This document shows positions 37,067-44,818 of a stretch of DNA of 53,270 bases, one piece after another. The stretch lies in the IMG/VR virus record IMGVR_UViG_3300037264_001837, positions 1-53,270 of that record. One strand, given 5' to 3'. Within the stretch, counting starts at the first letter, position 1. Every line of letters begins with the position of its first letter. A model generated the notes under the pieces. That model saw nothing but the letters and a program-made list of their open reading frames with translations. It ran no database searches and was not told where the DNA came from. The translations under genes were made by a program, and so were the position numbers. The stretch is from a virus (lineage: Duplodnaviria > Caudoviricetes).

Positions 37067-38047
37067 TCAGGCCTCGGCCTCTTCGGTCTCCTGGCGCCGC
37101 AGCTCCGGGTGCTGCTTCACGACCCGGGAGACCGCCTGCTCCCGGGAGAGGTTGGGGTCGGCCTTGCGGAGCTCGGCGGCCTTGGCCTCGATCTGGGCCC
37201 GGGCCCCGCCCGTCGCCGGCGCCCCACGGCCGCCCCGCGCACCGAACAGGTCCCCGACCTTGACCTGTTCGGCCAGAGCCTTCATGACCTGCTCGAGCTG
37301 CTTCGCCTCTTCCGGGCAGCTCTTCCGGATGCGGGCGATCGCCGGGGCCGCGGCCTTGGCGGTCGGGATCTTCTCGTACTCGCCCTCGATCTTGCGGACG
37401 GACTCGGCCGCCTCCATGTCCGCGAGCTTCTGGACGGTGGCCCGGTGCTCCTGGTCGAGCTTCTGGACCATCTGGGCCAGCGCGTCTTCGGGCGCACCCT
37501 CGGGCTTGGCGAGCTTCGCCACCAGGCCCTTGAGCTCGTCGTCCTTCATCGCGTCGAACTGGGGGTACATCGAGGCTGGGATCGACTTCTTGAGCGAGAC
37601 CAGCAGCGCGGCCCGGTCAGCCTTCGCCACGGTCTCGGACTTCATCTGGGCGAGCATCGCCTCGAGCTCCTTGATCCGAGCCTCGAGGGCGGCGACCTCG
37701 GGCGACTTGGCGCCGTCGGCGGGGGGAGGCATCTGGCCCGGGGCGGCTGCACCGTGGTCGGCCTTCGGGATCTGGGTGTCGGGCACGGGAGCCTCCTTGT
37801 CGTCGAGCTTGTCGGCGATCTGCTGGACGGTGGCCTTGCGCATGCCCAACGCGCGGAGGAGACTCTCGGTCCAACCCACCCGCTCGTCGGTCTGCGCGCC
37901 GCCCATCGCTGACAACATAGCACGGGCCTTTGCGGCCCTGTCCATCTTCAGCAGGCGAATCTCCGAGGGCTGATTCGCGGGCCGCGTGACCGGGCCCCAC
38001 TCCATCGCCTCAGGCTCGACGAGGTCATGCAGCTTCTGCTTCGGCAC
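37067..38047 (-). CDS. scaffolding protein
   Basis: GGAGGA RBS; N-terminal E...V..PAN....I.L.K then a long coiled coil; ends L..EQA...V...PEL. Confidence 0.75.
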   Translation of the reverse strand: MPKQKLHDLVEPEAMEWGPVTRPANQPSEIRLLKMDRAAKARAMLSAMGGAQTDERVGWTESLLRALGMRKATVQQIADKLDDKEAPVPDTQIPKADHGAAAPGQMPPPADGAKSPEVAALEARIKELEAMLAQMKSETVAKADRAALLVSLKKSIPASMYPQFDAMKDDELKGLVAKLAKPEGAPEDALAQMVQKLDQEHRATVQKLADMEAAESVRKIEGEYEKIPTAKAAAPAIARIRKSCPEEAKQLEQVMKALAEQVKVGDLFGARGGRGAPATGGARAQIEAKAAELRKADPNLSREQAVSRVVKQHPELRRQETEEAEA

Positions 38048-38049
38048 GG

Positions 38050-39102
38050 TCAAGTCCTCCGGATCCGCTTGGAGAGCCCGTCCCACGAGAACCCGGTGAA
38101 CTCCCCGGAGAGGACACGCGCCCATGCGCCCGGGTCCTCGATGTGGCTGCAACCCCATGCCCCGGCCCGATCGAGCTGGCAGCCCATGGCCTTCTGTACG
38201 TCCCGGGTGAGGCACGCGAGCTCGACGACGCGGCCCACCGGTTGGCCGTCGTGGTTGAGCTTCGAGATCCGCGGGCCCGCGTTGAACGTGTGGACGAGGT
38301 GGAGCAGGTCGTCCTCCGAGATCACGTCGCCCTCGACGTCGACGACCGGCACCCCGTCCTTCTCGATCACGGAGAACCAGCCGTAGACGAGCTGCTTCAT
38401 CGGCTCGGCCTTGACGATCTGGACCAGGCTCCCGCGGCCCTTCTCGACGACGCCAGCGCGCCACTCGTCGTCGATCTCCGCGAAGACCTCAGGCCCAAAG
38501 ACCAGCTCGCCCGCGTAGGGTTTAACCTTCTCGAGGTCCACGGCTCCAGCCTCGTAGCTGATCGTGACGTGCGACTGGTAGCCGGGATAGTCCCAGGTCG
38601 CGCCGCCCTCGCGGAACTGGAGATGCCGGGCTTGCAGCTCCGGCGAGCCGAACTTCAGCACGACCGCGCCCTCGGACCCGAGCGGCTCCACCGTCCGATC
38701 GGGGCCTGGGGAGACCACCAACGGACCGGGGTCGGGAGCGAACGCGTGCCACGGCACCACGCCCTTCGAGTAGCAGACGGTGACATGGATCTCGGCCGGG
38801 TCCGTCGTCGTCGGGAATCCCTGCGCCTTGGCCCAGGCCGCGAAGCTCGGCGCGTTCAGCAGCTTGCGCTCGACGTAGAGCGTGCGGGGCGGGAGCTCGA
38901 CGCCGAACGAGCGGGCGAATGCCACGTACCTCGCGTTGACCGGCACGTCCGCGAGCTTCGCGGCTCGCTTGTCCCACTCCGCGGCCGCGACCGCGAAGCG
39001 CGCGCCCGCGTCCGGGAACTCGCGCCGCGCCTTCTCGTCGGCCATGAATCGGTCCAAGAAGTCCTGGCGGTCCTCCGTCGGCCCGGGCTGGGGAAGCGGC
39101 AT
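38050..39102 (-). CDS. fusion: Acb1-like 2H phosphoesterase + XkdF-like prohead serine protease
   Basis: TLYV.R...N, HVTVCYS and HVTISY (2H HxT pair); then LVYGW.SV, D..GD.I, H, W..V.SGE.TGFS. Confidence 0.8.
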   Translation of the reverse strand: MPLPQPGPTEDRQDFLDRFMADEKARREFPDAGARFAVAAAEWDKRAAKLADVPVNARYVAFARSFGVELPPRTLYVERKLLNAPSFAAWAKAQGFPTTTDPAEIHVTVCYSKGVVPWHAFAPDPGPLVVSPGPDRTVEPLGSEGAVVLKFGSPELQARHLQFREGGATWDYPGYQSHVTISYEAGAVDLEKVKPYAGELVFGPEVFAEIDDEWRAGVVEKGRGSLVQIVKAEPMKQLVYGWFSVIEKDGVPVVDVEGDVISEDDLLHLVHTFNAGPRISKLNHDGQPVGRVVELACLTRDVQKAMGCQLDRAGAWGCSHIEDPGAWARVLSGEFTGFSWDGLSKRIRRT

Positions 39103-39263
39103 CACTGCACCCCCGAGTGGACGATCACCGCGACGCACGGCAGGATGACCAGGACAAGCAGGAGCAGCGCGCAGACCAGCAGCACCGACTTGACCGCGAG
39201 CTCGAAGCCGAGCAGCAGCCGGCGGACCCGAGAGGGTTGGTCCTGATCGAGCGCCACAGTCAT
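39102..39263 (-). CDS. small membrane protein
   Basis: ATGA and TGATG coupling; long hydrophobic stretch. Confidence 0.5.
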   Translation of the reverse strand: MTVALDQDQPSRVRRLLLGFELAVKSVLLVCALLLLVLVILPCVAVIVHSGVQ

Positions 39264-40396
39264 TCCCCCAGCCCGCCCCCGAAGATCAGAGCCACGGTGC
39301 ACCGGCAGTTGATCAGATTCACGTTCTCGTCGGCCGGCGAGTCCACGTCTCCGAACGGAGTCCGGAACGGCTGCCCCAAGGGTACACCGTTGGGGTTCAT
39401 GCCCGGGATCGCCGCGTGGGAATCACGCAGGCGCTCGTCGTCGGTGACGATCCAGACCCGTCGCGTGCGCTTACGATCGAGCAGACCCATGCCCTCGGCC
39501 TGGGTCCAGATTTGCTCCTGACCCTCGATCAGCGCCCGGTGCGTCTCGGTCCGCGCGATGTTCTGCGCCCTTCGGTTGAGCAGCGACTCGGAGTAGCGGT
39601 CCACGAGCGCGTCGATGCGGCTCTGCTCGGCCTCGGGATCCGCCATGATCGACCGGGCCCGGGCCATGTCCACGCCGCTGAGCCTTCGCTCCGAGGGCGC
39701 GAGCCCCGGGCCCTCGCCGGTCTCGAGCCACTGGCGAAAGTTGTCGACTGCCTTGACCGAAGTGCTGTCGAGTCCGATGAAGCCGCGGATCTGACGCGCC
39801 GTCTCGATTGGCGGGCGGCCCAGCTCGAAGCTCCGCACGAGCTGGTCCTGGATCGCGTCGATGGACTCGCGGCTGATATTCTTGATCTGGGTCGGCGCGG
39901 TGGTCCGCAGGTACTTGATCGCCTCGGGGTTGCTCAGGTCCAGGTCTCCGACCAGCCTGGCTTCGCGGGGCGGGAGCTGGCGGGAGCCGGAGATGGATCC
40001 CGCGCGCAGCGCCTCGGTCAGGTCGACGATGAAGCTGGGGGCCCCGGGCGCGGTCCCCGAGCCGCGGAGCCGGTCTTCGAGGCTGACGATTCGAGCGATC
40101 TCCCGGCCCGGCGCCCCGACCCGAACCAGCAGGGCTTCGATGCGCCGCACGTCCCGAGTCTCGACGAGCTCGACCAGATCCCGGAGCGGGATCGAACCCC
40201 GCAAGGCGCGCACGGCCTCGGTGAACCGGCGCGCGACCCCGGGCTCGAGCTCCTCGAGTGCCTTGCGCATCTCCCGCGCCGCGCGCTGCTCTTCCCGGGA
40301 CCGGGCCTTCGCCAGCTGGATCGGCGCGCGGGCCTTGCCGATCGCGACCCGCGAGTCGAAGCCGGGGGCCCCGATCAAGACCGGGGCCACAGTCAA
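39260..40396 (-). CDS. minor head protein (SPP1 gp7 / Mu gpF-like)
   Basis: RA..IARTE, W....D.R.R.SH, F.T..G, INCRC. Confidence 0.9.
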   Translation of the reverse strand: MTVAPVLIGAPGFDSRVAIGKARAPIQLAKARSREEQRAAREMRKALEELEPGVARRFTEAVRALRGSIPLRDLVELVETRDVRRIEALLVRVGAPGREIARIVSLEDRLRGSGTAPGAPSFIVDLTEALRAGSISGSRQLPPREARLVGDLDLSNPEAIKYLRTTAPTQIKNISRESIDAIQDQLVRSFELGRPPIETARQIRGFIGLDSTSVKAVDNFRQWLETGEGPGLAPSERRLSGVDMARARSIMADPEAEQSRIDALVDRYSESLLNRRAQNIARTETHRALIEGQEQIWTQAEGMGLLDRKRTRRVWIVTDDERLRDSHAAIPGMNPNGVPLGQPFRTPFGDVDSPADENVNLINCRCTVALIFGGGLGE

Positions 40397-42012
40397 GCTC
40401 CCGGGATCGGTGGCGTAGCCGGCGCGGGCGCGGGGGCCGGACTCTGGACGCGGCCAGCCTCGCCGACGATCCCTTCCGCTTGCTCCCGCGTCAACGGGAA
40501 CCCCGTGACCAAGATGCCGACCGCGGAGCTTCGGGGCACCTCGCCGGTCACGACTTGCGCGACCAGGTCCACCATCGCCTGGACCTGCGCGCCGTTGAGC
40601 GCCTGCGCCGGATCCTTGGCGGTCTCCGGTACGGGCAAGCGAGCGCCCTCGATCTGACCGGGCTCGGCCGAAGCGCTCGGTAGGGCAGCGGCCGGCGGGA
40701 CAGCGATCGGGTCCTCGTCTTCCTGCGGGAGCCCAACCACGTCGCGGATCATGGCCTCGGTCGCCTTGCCGCCCGGGATCAGGAACCCGGCCATGGTCAG
40801 CTTCGCGACGGCCTCCGCGAACTGCGCGAGGTCCCGCTGGTCGAGGTCGCCTGGCTCGAACCAGCACGCCTCGGCCAGGTCCCAACCGTTCACCCGATAG
40901 ATCAGCGGGATCAGCACGCGATTGAGCACGGCCGCGACGGCCTTCAGCCAGGCCCCGAGCACAATCCCGAACAGCGAGGTCTTGGAGTCGGCCAACGCGT
41001 AGGAGCCGACCTGCGCCTGGCCCAACATGATGAAATCCGCGAGCATCGTGCGGGCGATCGCGTGGTCGTAGCGCCCGATCACCGCGGTGGTGTCGTGCTG
41101 CCGGCGAGCCATCGTACCGAGCAGCGAGAACTTGACCTGCGGGTTCCCCTTGTCGTCGTAGGTCTGCGGGATCCCGATGCCAGCCTGCTCGTCGAGCTTG
41201 ACCCGCTTGAGCAGCTCCTCCCACGCCGCGACCGTGGCCTTCTGGCCGTCCGTCGCGTCCGGCGTGGCCCAGGCCGCGGGGTACTCCACGGTCGGGATGC
41301 CGGCGAGGTCCCGCTCGATGCCGATCGCTTCGGACTCCTCGACGTGTTTCTTGAAGTACCAGGAGCGGTAGGACCGGCGAAGCGCCGAGACCCCCTCGGG
41401 GTTGTTCTTACGGCTGGTCGTCCGGAAGTGCAGCAGCTTCTCGATCGGCAGGAACACATCGGTCGAGCCCTTGGCGAACGGGTCGCGTTGCCAGGCCCCG
41501 AGCAACCGATCTTGGTCGTCCCACTCCCACCGGTCGATCGTGTCCTGCGCCCGGGGCGACAGCGACCGAATGCCGACCAGCCCGTCCGAGTACTTCGACT
41601 TCCGCGCCGGGTCGGTCTCTTCGGGTCCGACCCGGTACTTGAGCACGATCTCCGAGAGCTCGAAGCCGAACTGCACCATGGTCAGGGCCTCAGCGATGAA
41701 GTCCTCCCAGGTCTCGTCCATGTCCTCGGTCATCGAGCGCACGGCCTCGGCCTGGTCTTTGTGCTCGGGGAGCTCGCTGAAGGGGTTGACCAGCCAGTCC
41801 ACATTGCGCAAGGTCATCTCGACCGCGAAGAGGGTCGCGCCCACGGTCGCGTCGTTGTCCCCCATCTCGCGGTAGGTCTTCATCCCCCGCAGGCCCTGGA
41901 GCTTCTGCAATCGCTCCTCGGAGATGCGACCGCTGTACTTCCGGAGGCCGGTGGTGCCGATCGGTGGGGCTGCCGGATCGAGAGCCTGGGTGGGGGGCGT
42001 AGGATCCGCCAT
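40393..42012 (-). CDS. portal protein (DUF935 / Mu gp29-like)
   Basis: IG.TGL, Y.EM..ND, FGF...E.V.K, NPEG.S.LR..YR.WYFKK..E..E.IG.ERDL.G.P, GSYALA. Confidence 0.92.
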   Translation of the reverse strand: MADPTPPTQALDPAAPPIGTTGLRKYSGRISEERLQKLQGLRGMKTYREMGDNDATVGATLFAVEMTLRNVDWLVNPFSELPEHKDQAEAVRSMTEDMDETWEDFIAEALTMVQFGFELSEIVLKYRVGPEETDPARKSKYSDGLVGIRSLSPRAQDTIDRWEWDDQDRLLGAWQRDPFAKGSTDVFLPIEKLLHFRTTSRKNNPEGVSALRRSYRSWYFKKHVEESEAIGIERDLAGIPTVEYPAAWATPDATDGQKATVAAWEELLKRVKLDEQAGIGIPQTYDDKGNPQVKFSLLGTMARRQHDTTAVIGRYDHAIARTMLADFIMLGQAQVGSYALADSKTSLFGIVLGAWLKAVAAVLNRVLIPLIYRVNGWDLAEACWFEPGDLDQRDLAQFAEAVAKLTMAGFLIPGGKATEAMIRDVVGLPQEDEDPIAVPPAAALPSASAEPGQIEGARLPVPETAKDPAQALNGAQVQAMVDLVAQVVTGEVPRSSAVGILVTGFPLTREQAEGIVGEAGRVQSPAPAPAPATPPIPGA

Positions 42013-42033
42013 GCCCACAGCCTACACCGGCGG

Positions 42034-43503
42034 TCAGGGGACCGGCGCGGGCCGGGTGATGCTCAGCGGCGGGGCTACCGCCGACCCCGACACGGAGCGT
42101 TCCCGGATCCAGCGAAGCACCTGGCTGAGCGCGTCGACCCGGTCCTTTCGCGGCGAGCCCGGGAACGTCGTGACCTCCGCGACGAAGTCCGCGACCCACG
42201 GCGCGGATTCCGGGAGCCAGAGCTTGCCGGCCTGGATCAGCGGTGTCTCGACCTCGAGCCGCGTGACCTTGTCGCGCTGCCCGGGATCAATCGCGATGAC
42301 CGGAAGCCGGGACCCCCGCCGGAGGTACTGGATGATCCCCTGGCCCGAGTCGCGGTCCTCGATCAGGAGCGCGGACGGATTCCAGTGCTCCGCGAGTTCT
42401 CGGACCTTGGGCAGGAGGTCGGGGATCTCGAGCCGCTGAGCGAACACGTCCCAGACCTCGAGCCGGTCCGGGAACTCCGCGATCGTGATGCACGCCTGGT
42501 TCGCGCTCGACTCCTTGGCCTTCGACGCGCAGTCCCAGGACTGGATGATCCGGATCGGATCCGCGCCGCGGGACGTGTAGCGATTCGACAGCCAGGCGCG
42601 CTTGATCATCGCGCCCTCGCGAGGCACCGGGTTCTGCTGATAGATCGACTCCCACGACGCGGGGTCCATGGCTGCCTTCTGCTCGAGCAGGAACTCCAGC
42701 GGCTTGAGCTCCGGGAACAGGGCCTCGCCGCGCTTGCGGTGCGGCTCGTCCTCGATCGCGATCGCGGGGTAGCTCACCACGTCGATCGTCGGATCGTCCG
42801 CGATCATGTGTCCTACGAGGTCCGCGAGGTTCCACCGGGTCATGATGACGATCAGCCCGTAGGCCTTCGAGAAACGCGTCCGGAACACGTCGCGGAACCA
42901 GTCCCATACCCGCGCCTGGATGATCGTGCTGTCCGCGGTCTGGCGGTCCTTGACCGGATCGTCGATCATCCCGAGGTCGAGCGGCTCTCCGGTCAGCGGC
43001 CCCTCGACTGTCGTGTTCCGGAACGAGCCGATCTGACCCACCAACTCAAGGTGCGTCGAGTTGCGACGCGGCTTGCCCGCTTGGGTGACTACGTTCTCAT
43101 CGCAGAGCCGCGTCGCGGGGAACACGCGCCGATAGGTCTCGGAGTCGATCAGGCGCTGGAGCCGGAGGTTCGCCCGGGTGCCGAGGTAGTCGGAGTAGCT
43201 CGCGAAGCCTGAGCGCATCCCGGGGCACCGGCCGAGACACCAGCCGAAGAAGTCCGTCACGATCATCGACTTGCCGTGCTGCGACGGCGCCGTGAGTACC
43301 AGGGCCGGCCGCTCGCCCGCGAGCATGCGCGCGAGGAACCGTTCGAGCCGCTCGGCCGCGTCGCGCTGCCACCAGCCGAGGACGTAGTCCGGATTGACAA
43401 GCCGGAAGAAGTCCCAGTAGTGCCGGCGCGCGAGCTCCTCGTCGACGACCCGCGAGTCGAGCAGCTCAAGGTCGATCCCCGCGCCGCGCTCAGCCCTTGC
43501 CAC
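42034..43503 (-). CDS. terL: terminase large subunit
   Basis: Walker A APSQHGKS, Walker B IDDPVKD, MTRW..DL.G, YQQ.P, SWD.A, IED..SG, D.VDA.SQ. Confidence 0.95.
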   Translation of the reverse strand: MARAERGAGIDLELLDSRVVDEELARRHYWDFFRLVNPDYVLGWWQRDAAERLERFLARMLAGERPALVLTAPSQHGKSMIVTDFFGWCLGRCPGMRSGFASYSDYLGTRANLRLQRLIDSETYRRVFPATRLCDENVVTQAGKPRRNSTHLELVGQIGSFRNTTVEGPLTGEPLDLGMIDDPVKDRQTADSTIIQARVWDWFRDVFRTRFSKAYGLIVIMTRWNLADLVGHMIADDPTIDVVSYPAIAIEDEPHRKRGEALFPELKPLEFLLEQKAAMDPASWESIYQQNPVPREGAMIKRAWLSNRYTSRGADPIRIIQSWDCASKAKESSANQACITIAEFPDRLEVWDVFAQRLEIPDLLPKVRELAEHWNPSALLIEDRDSGQGIIQYLRRGSRLPVIAIDPGQRDKVTRLEVETPLIQAGKLWLPESAPWVADFVAEVTTFPGSPRKDRVDALSQVLRWIRERSVSGSAVAPPLSITRPAPVP

Positions 43504-44002
43504 GGGGCTTCGTCCGGCCCTGGATCGCGCGCAGGGCGAGCAGGTCTTCGTCCGAGAGCCCGCTCAGGTCCACAGCCACCGGGCGCTCGGGGTTCCCGCT
43601 CAGCTCGAGGTGGTGCCGCTCGCGGTACTCGGGGACGACGCGTCGGGCTTCGAGCTCGACGAGCCGGGGAAAGTAGAGCGTCTTGACGCCAACGATCGCG
43701 CCCTTCTCGATGATCGGCTCCTGCTTCCCCTGCCACGCGTACTCCTGGACCTTGCCGATCGTCTCTTCCTGGAACGCCTCCCAGGCCTCGCGGCACATCG
43801 CGTCGAACTCGGGATCGGCCTTGCGCTTGATCTGCACCGCCCGCTTGGAGCAGCCGACCGACGCGGCCGCGACCCCGGGCCGGCCGTGCTTGCGCATCTC
43901 CACGCAGAAGCGCTCCATGCGCTCGCGGGTCCACCGAACTTGCTTGGCGGTCGTCGGGGGCCCAAGAATGTCTTCGTTCGGGTCAGGCACGCGCCGAGCC
44001 AT
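43490..44002 (-). CDS. terS: terminase small subunit
   Basis: HTH, D.EF.....EA, PEYRE, E.SG....P, LSDE.L; directly upstream of and overlapping terL. Confidence 0.85.
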   Translation of the reverse strand: MARRVPDPNEDILGPPTTAKQVRWTRERMERFCVEMRKHGRPGVAAASVGCSKRAVQIKRKADPEFDAMCREAWEAFQEETIGKVQEYAWQGKQEPIIEKGAIVGVKTLYFPRLVELEARRVVPEYRERHHLELSGNPERPVAVDLSGLSDEDLLALRAIQGRTKPRGKG

Positions 44003-44005
44003 GGC

Positions 44006-44818
44006 TCACCCCAGGATGTCGTCGTGGAGCGCCTGGGTCGGAGTTGAACCGCCCTCTCCCACCTGGTCGGTGGGTGCCTCGCCACTAGGCTTCAGGCGCT
44101 CGCCTCGATACATCCTAGCACCCAGCTCGCCAATCCTGGCGAAGGGGATGATGGGCACAGTGAGCCGCTCCTGGACTCCCGCCCGCAGGAACCGGACGTA
44201 GCGGAGTTGAAATCCAGACAGGGGAGCAGCCCCCGCGGCCTTCGCTAGAGCCCCCACGCTCAACGGCGACGTGCCGCAGGTCATGCGGATCTCTTCTCGC
44301 ATACGCGTCGCACGGTTCAGCTCAAGGTTTATCTTGTGCGTCACTCTCCCATCGGGGAAGCGTAGAAGTTGCCGGTTTTTCTTGATCCCCGTGAGGACGA
44401 ATCCCGACGCCCGGTAGATCGTCCCATCTCCACATTGGGCGGCATCGGCGAACGACACTACCCATTCCAGACTCGGGTACTGCTTCGACAAGAGCCTGAA
44501 CGCGACAGCGAGCGCCCGGGACTCGGAGTTCCTAGGGAGCGCATTTGAGAAAGCCATGCGGTTGAGCTCGCAGAAGCCATCCCACTTCGTATCCCGCACC
44601 AACCAAGCCATGAACTCTTTGCGCATCGAGGGGCCGAACTGCATGACCCCCTCGAGCCGCCCGTCCCAGACCACCCCAAGATGAATGTTCGAGTTGTTCA
44701 CGTACCGGCCGCTGTAGTGCAGCTTGGAACAGAGCCGACGCGCCACGTCGGCTCGGATTGGCTCGACCCGCAGCGCCTTGCAATCGCTACTCGGCGAGGA
44801 AAGCGGAACAGATCCCAT
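44006..44818 (-). CDS. mom: Mom-family (GNAT) adenine hypermodification enzyme
   Basis: HYS, GV.QFG, ELNRM, PRNSESR, VSFAD, G.GTIYRASGF..TG; start codon uncertain. Confidence 0.85.
   Translation of the reverse strand: MGSVPLSSPSSDCKALRVEPIRADVARRLCSKLHYSGRYVNNSNIHLGVVWDGRLEGVMQFGPSMRKEFMAWLVRDTKWDGFCELNRMAFSNALPRNSESRALAVAFRLLSKQYPSLEWVVSFADAAQCGDGTIYRASGFVLTGIKKNRQLLRFPDGRVTHKINLELNRATRMREEIRMTCGTSPLSVGALAKAAGAAPLSGFQLRYVRFLRAGVQERLTVPIIPFARIGELGARMYRGERLKPSGEAPTDQVGEGGSTPTQALHDDILG
44025..44099 (-). tRNA. non-canonical tRNA-Gly(ACC)-like element embedded in the mom coding sequence
   Basis: GCGCCTG AA GCCT AGTGGCG AGGC A CCCAC CGACCAG GTGGG AGAG GGCGG TTCAACT CCGACC CAGGCGC T CCA: perfect 7-bp acceptor, 4-bp D and 5-bp anticodon stems, T-loop, U73 and CCA. 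Confidence 0.85.

Noticed and set aside
37067-39102. Frameshift fusion of protease and scaffold
   Set aside because: The scaffold frame is open upstream, but I saw no slippery heptamer near the junction and the scaffold has its own strong GGAGGA RBS.
35518-43212. Long opposite-strand ORFs (e.g. 35518-37263, 41062-43212; also 437-1819 and 34073-35311)
   Set aside because: These are antisense or shadow frames of well-supported genes. They are Arg/Gly/Pro-rich without motifs, as expected at high GC.
44025-44099. tRNA-like element as an attP site or ordinary translational tRNA gene
   Set aside because: No integrase was recognised, the element is full length rather than a 3' fragment, it sits in frame inside a CDS, and it lacks U8, U33 and a regular T-stem.
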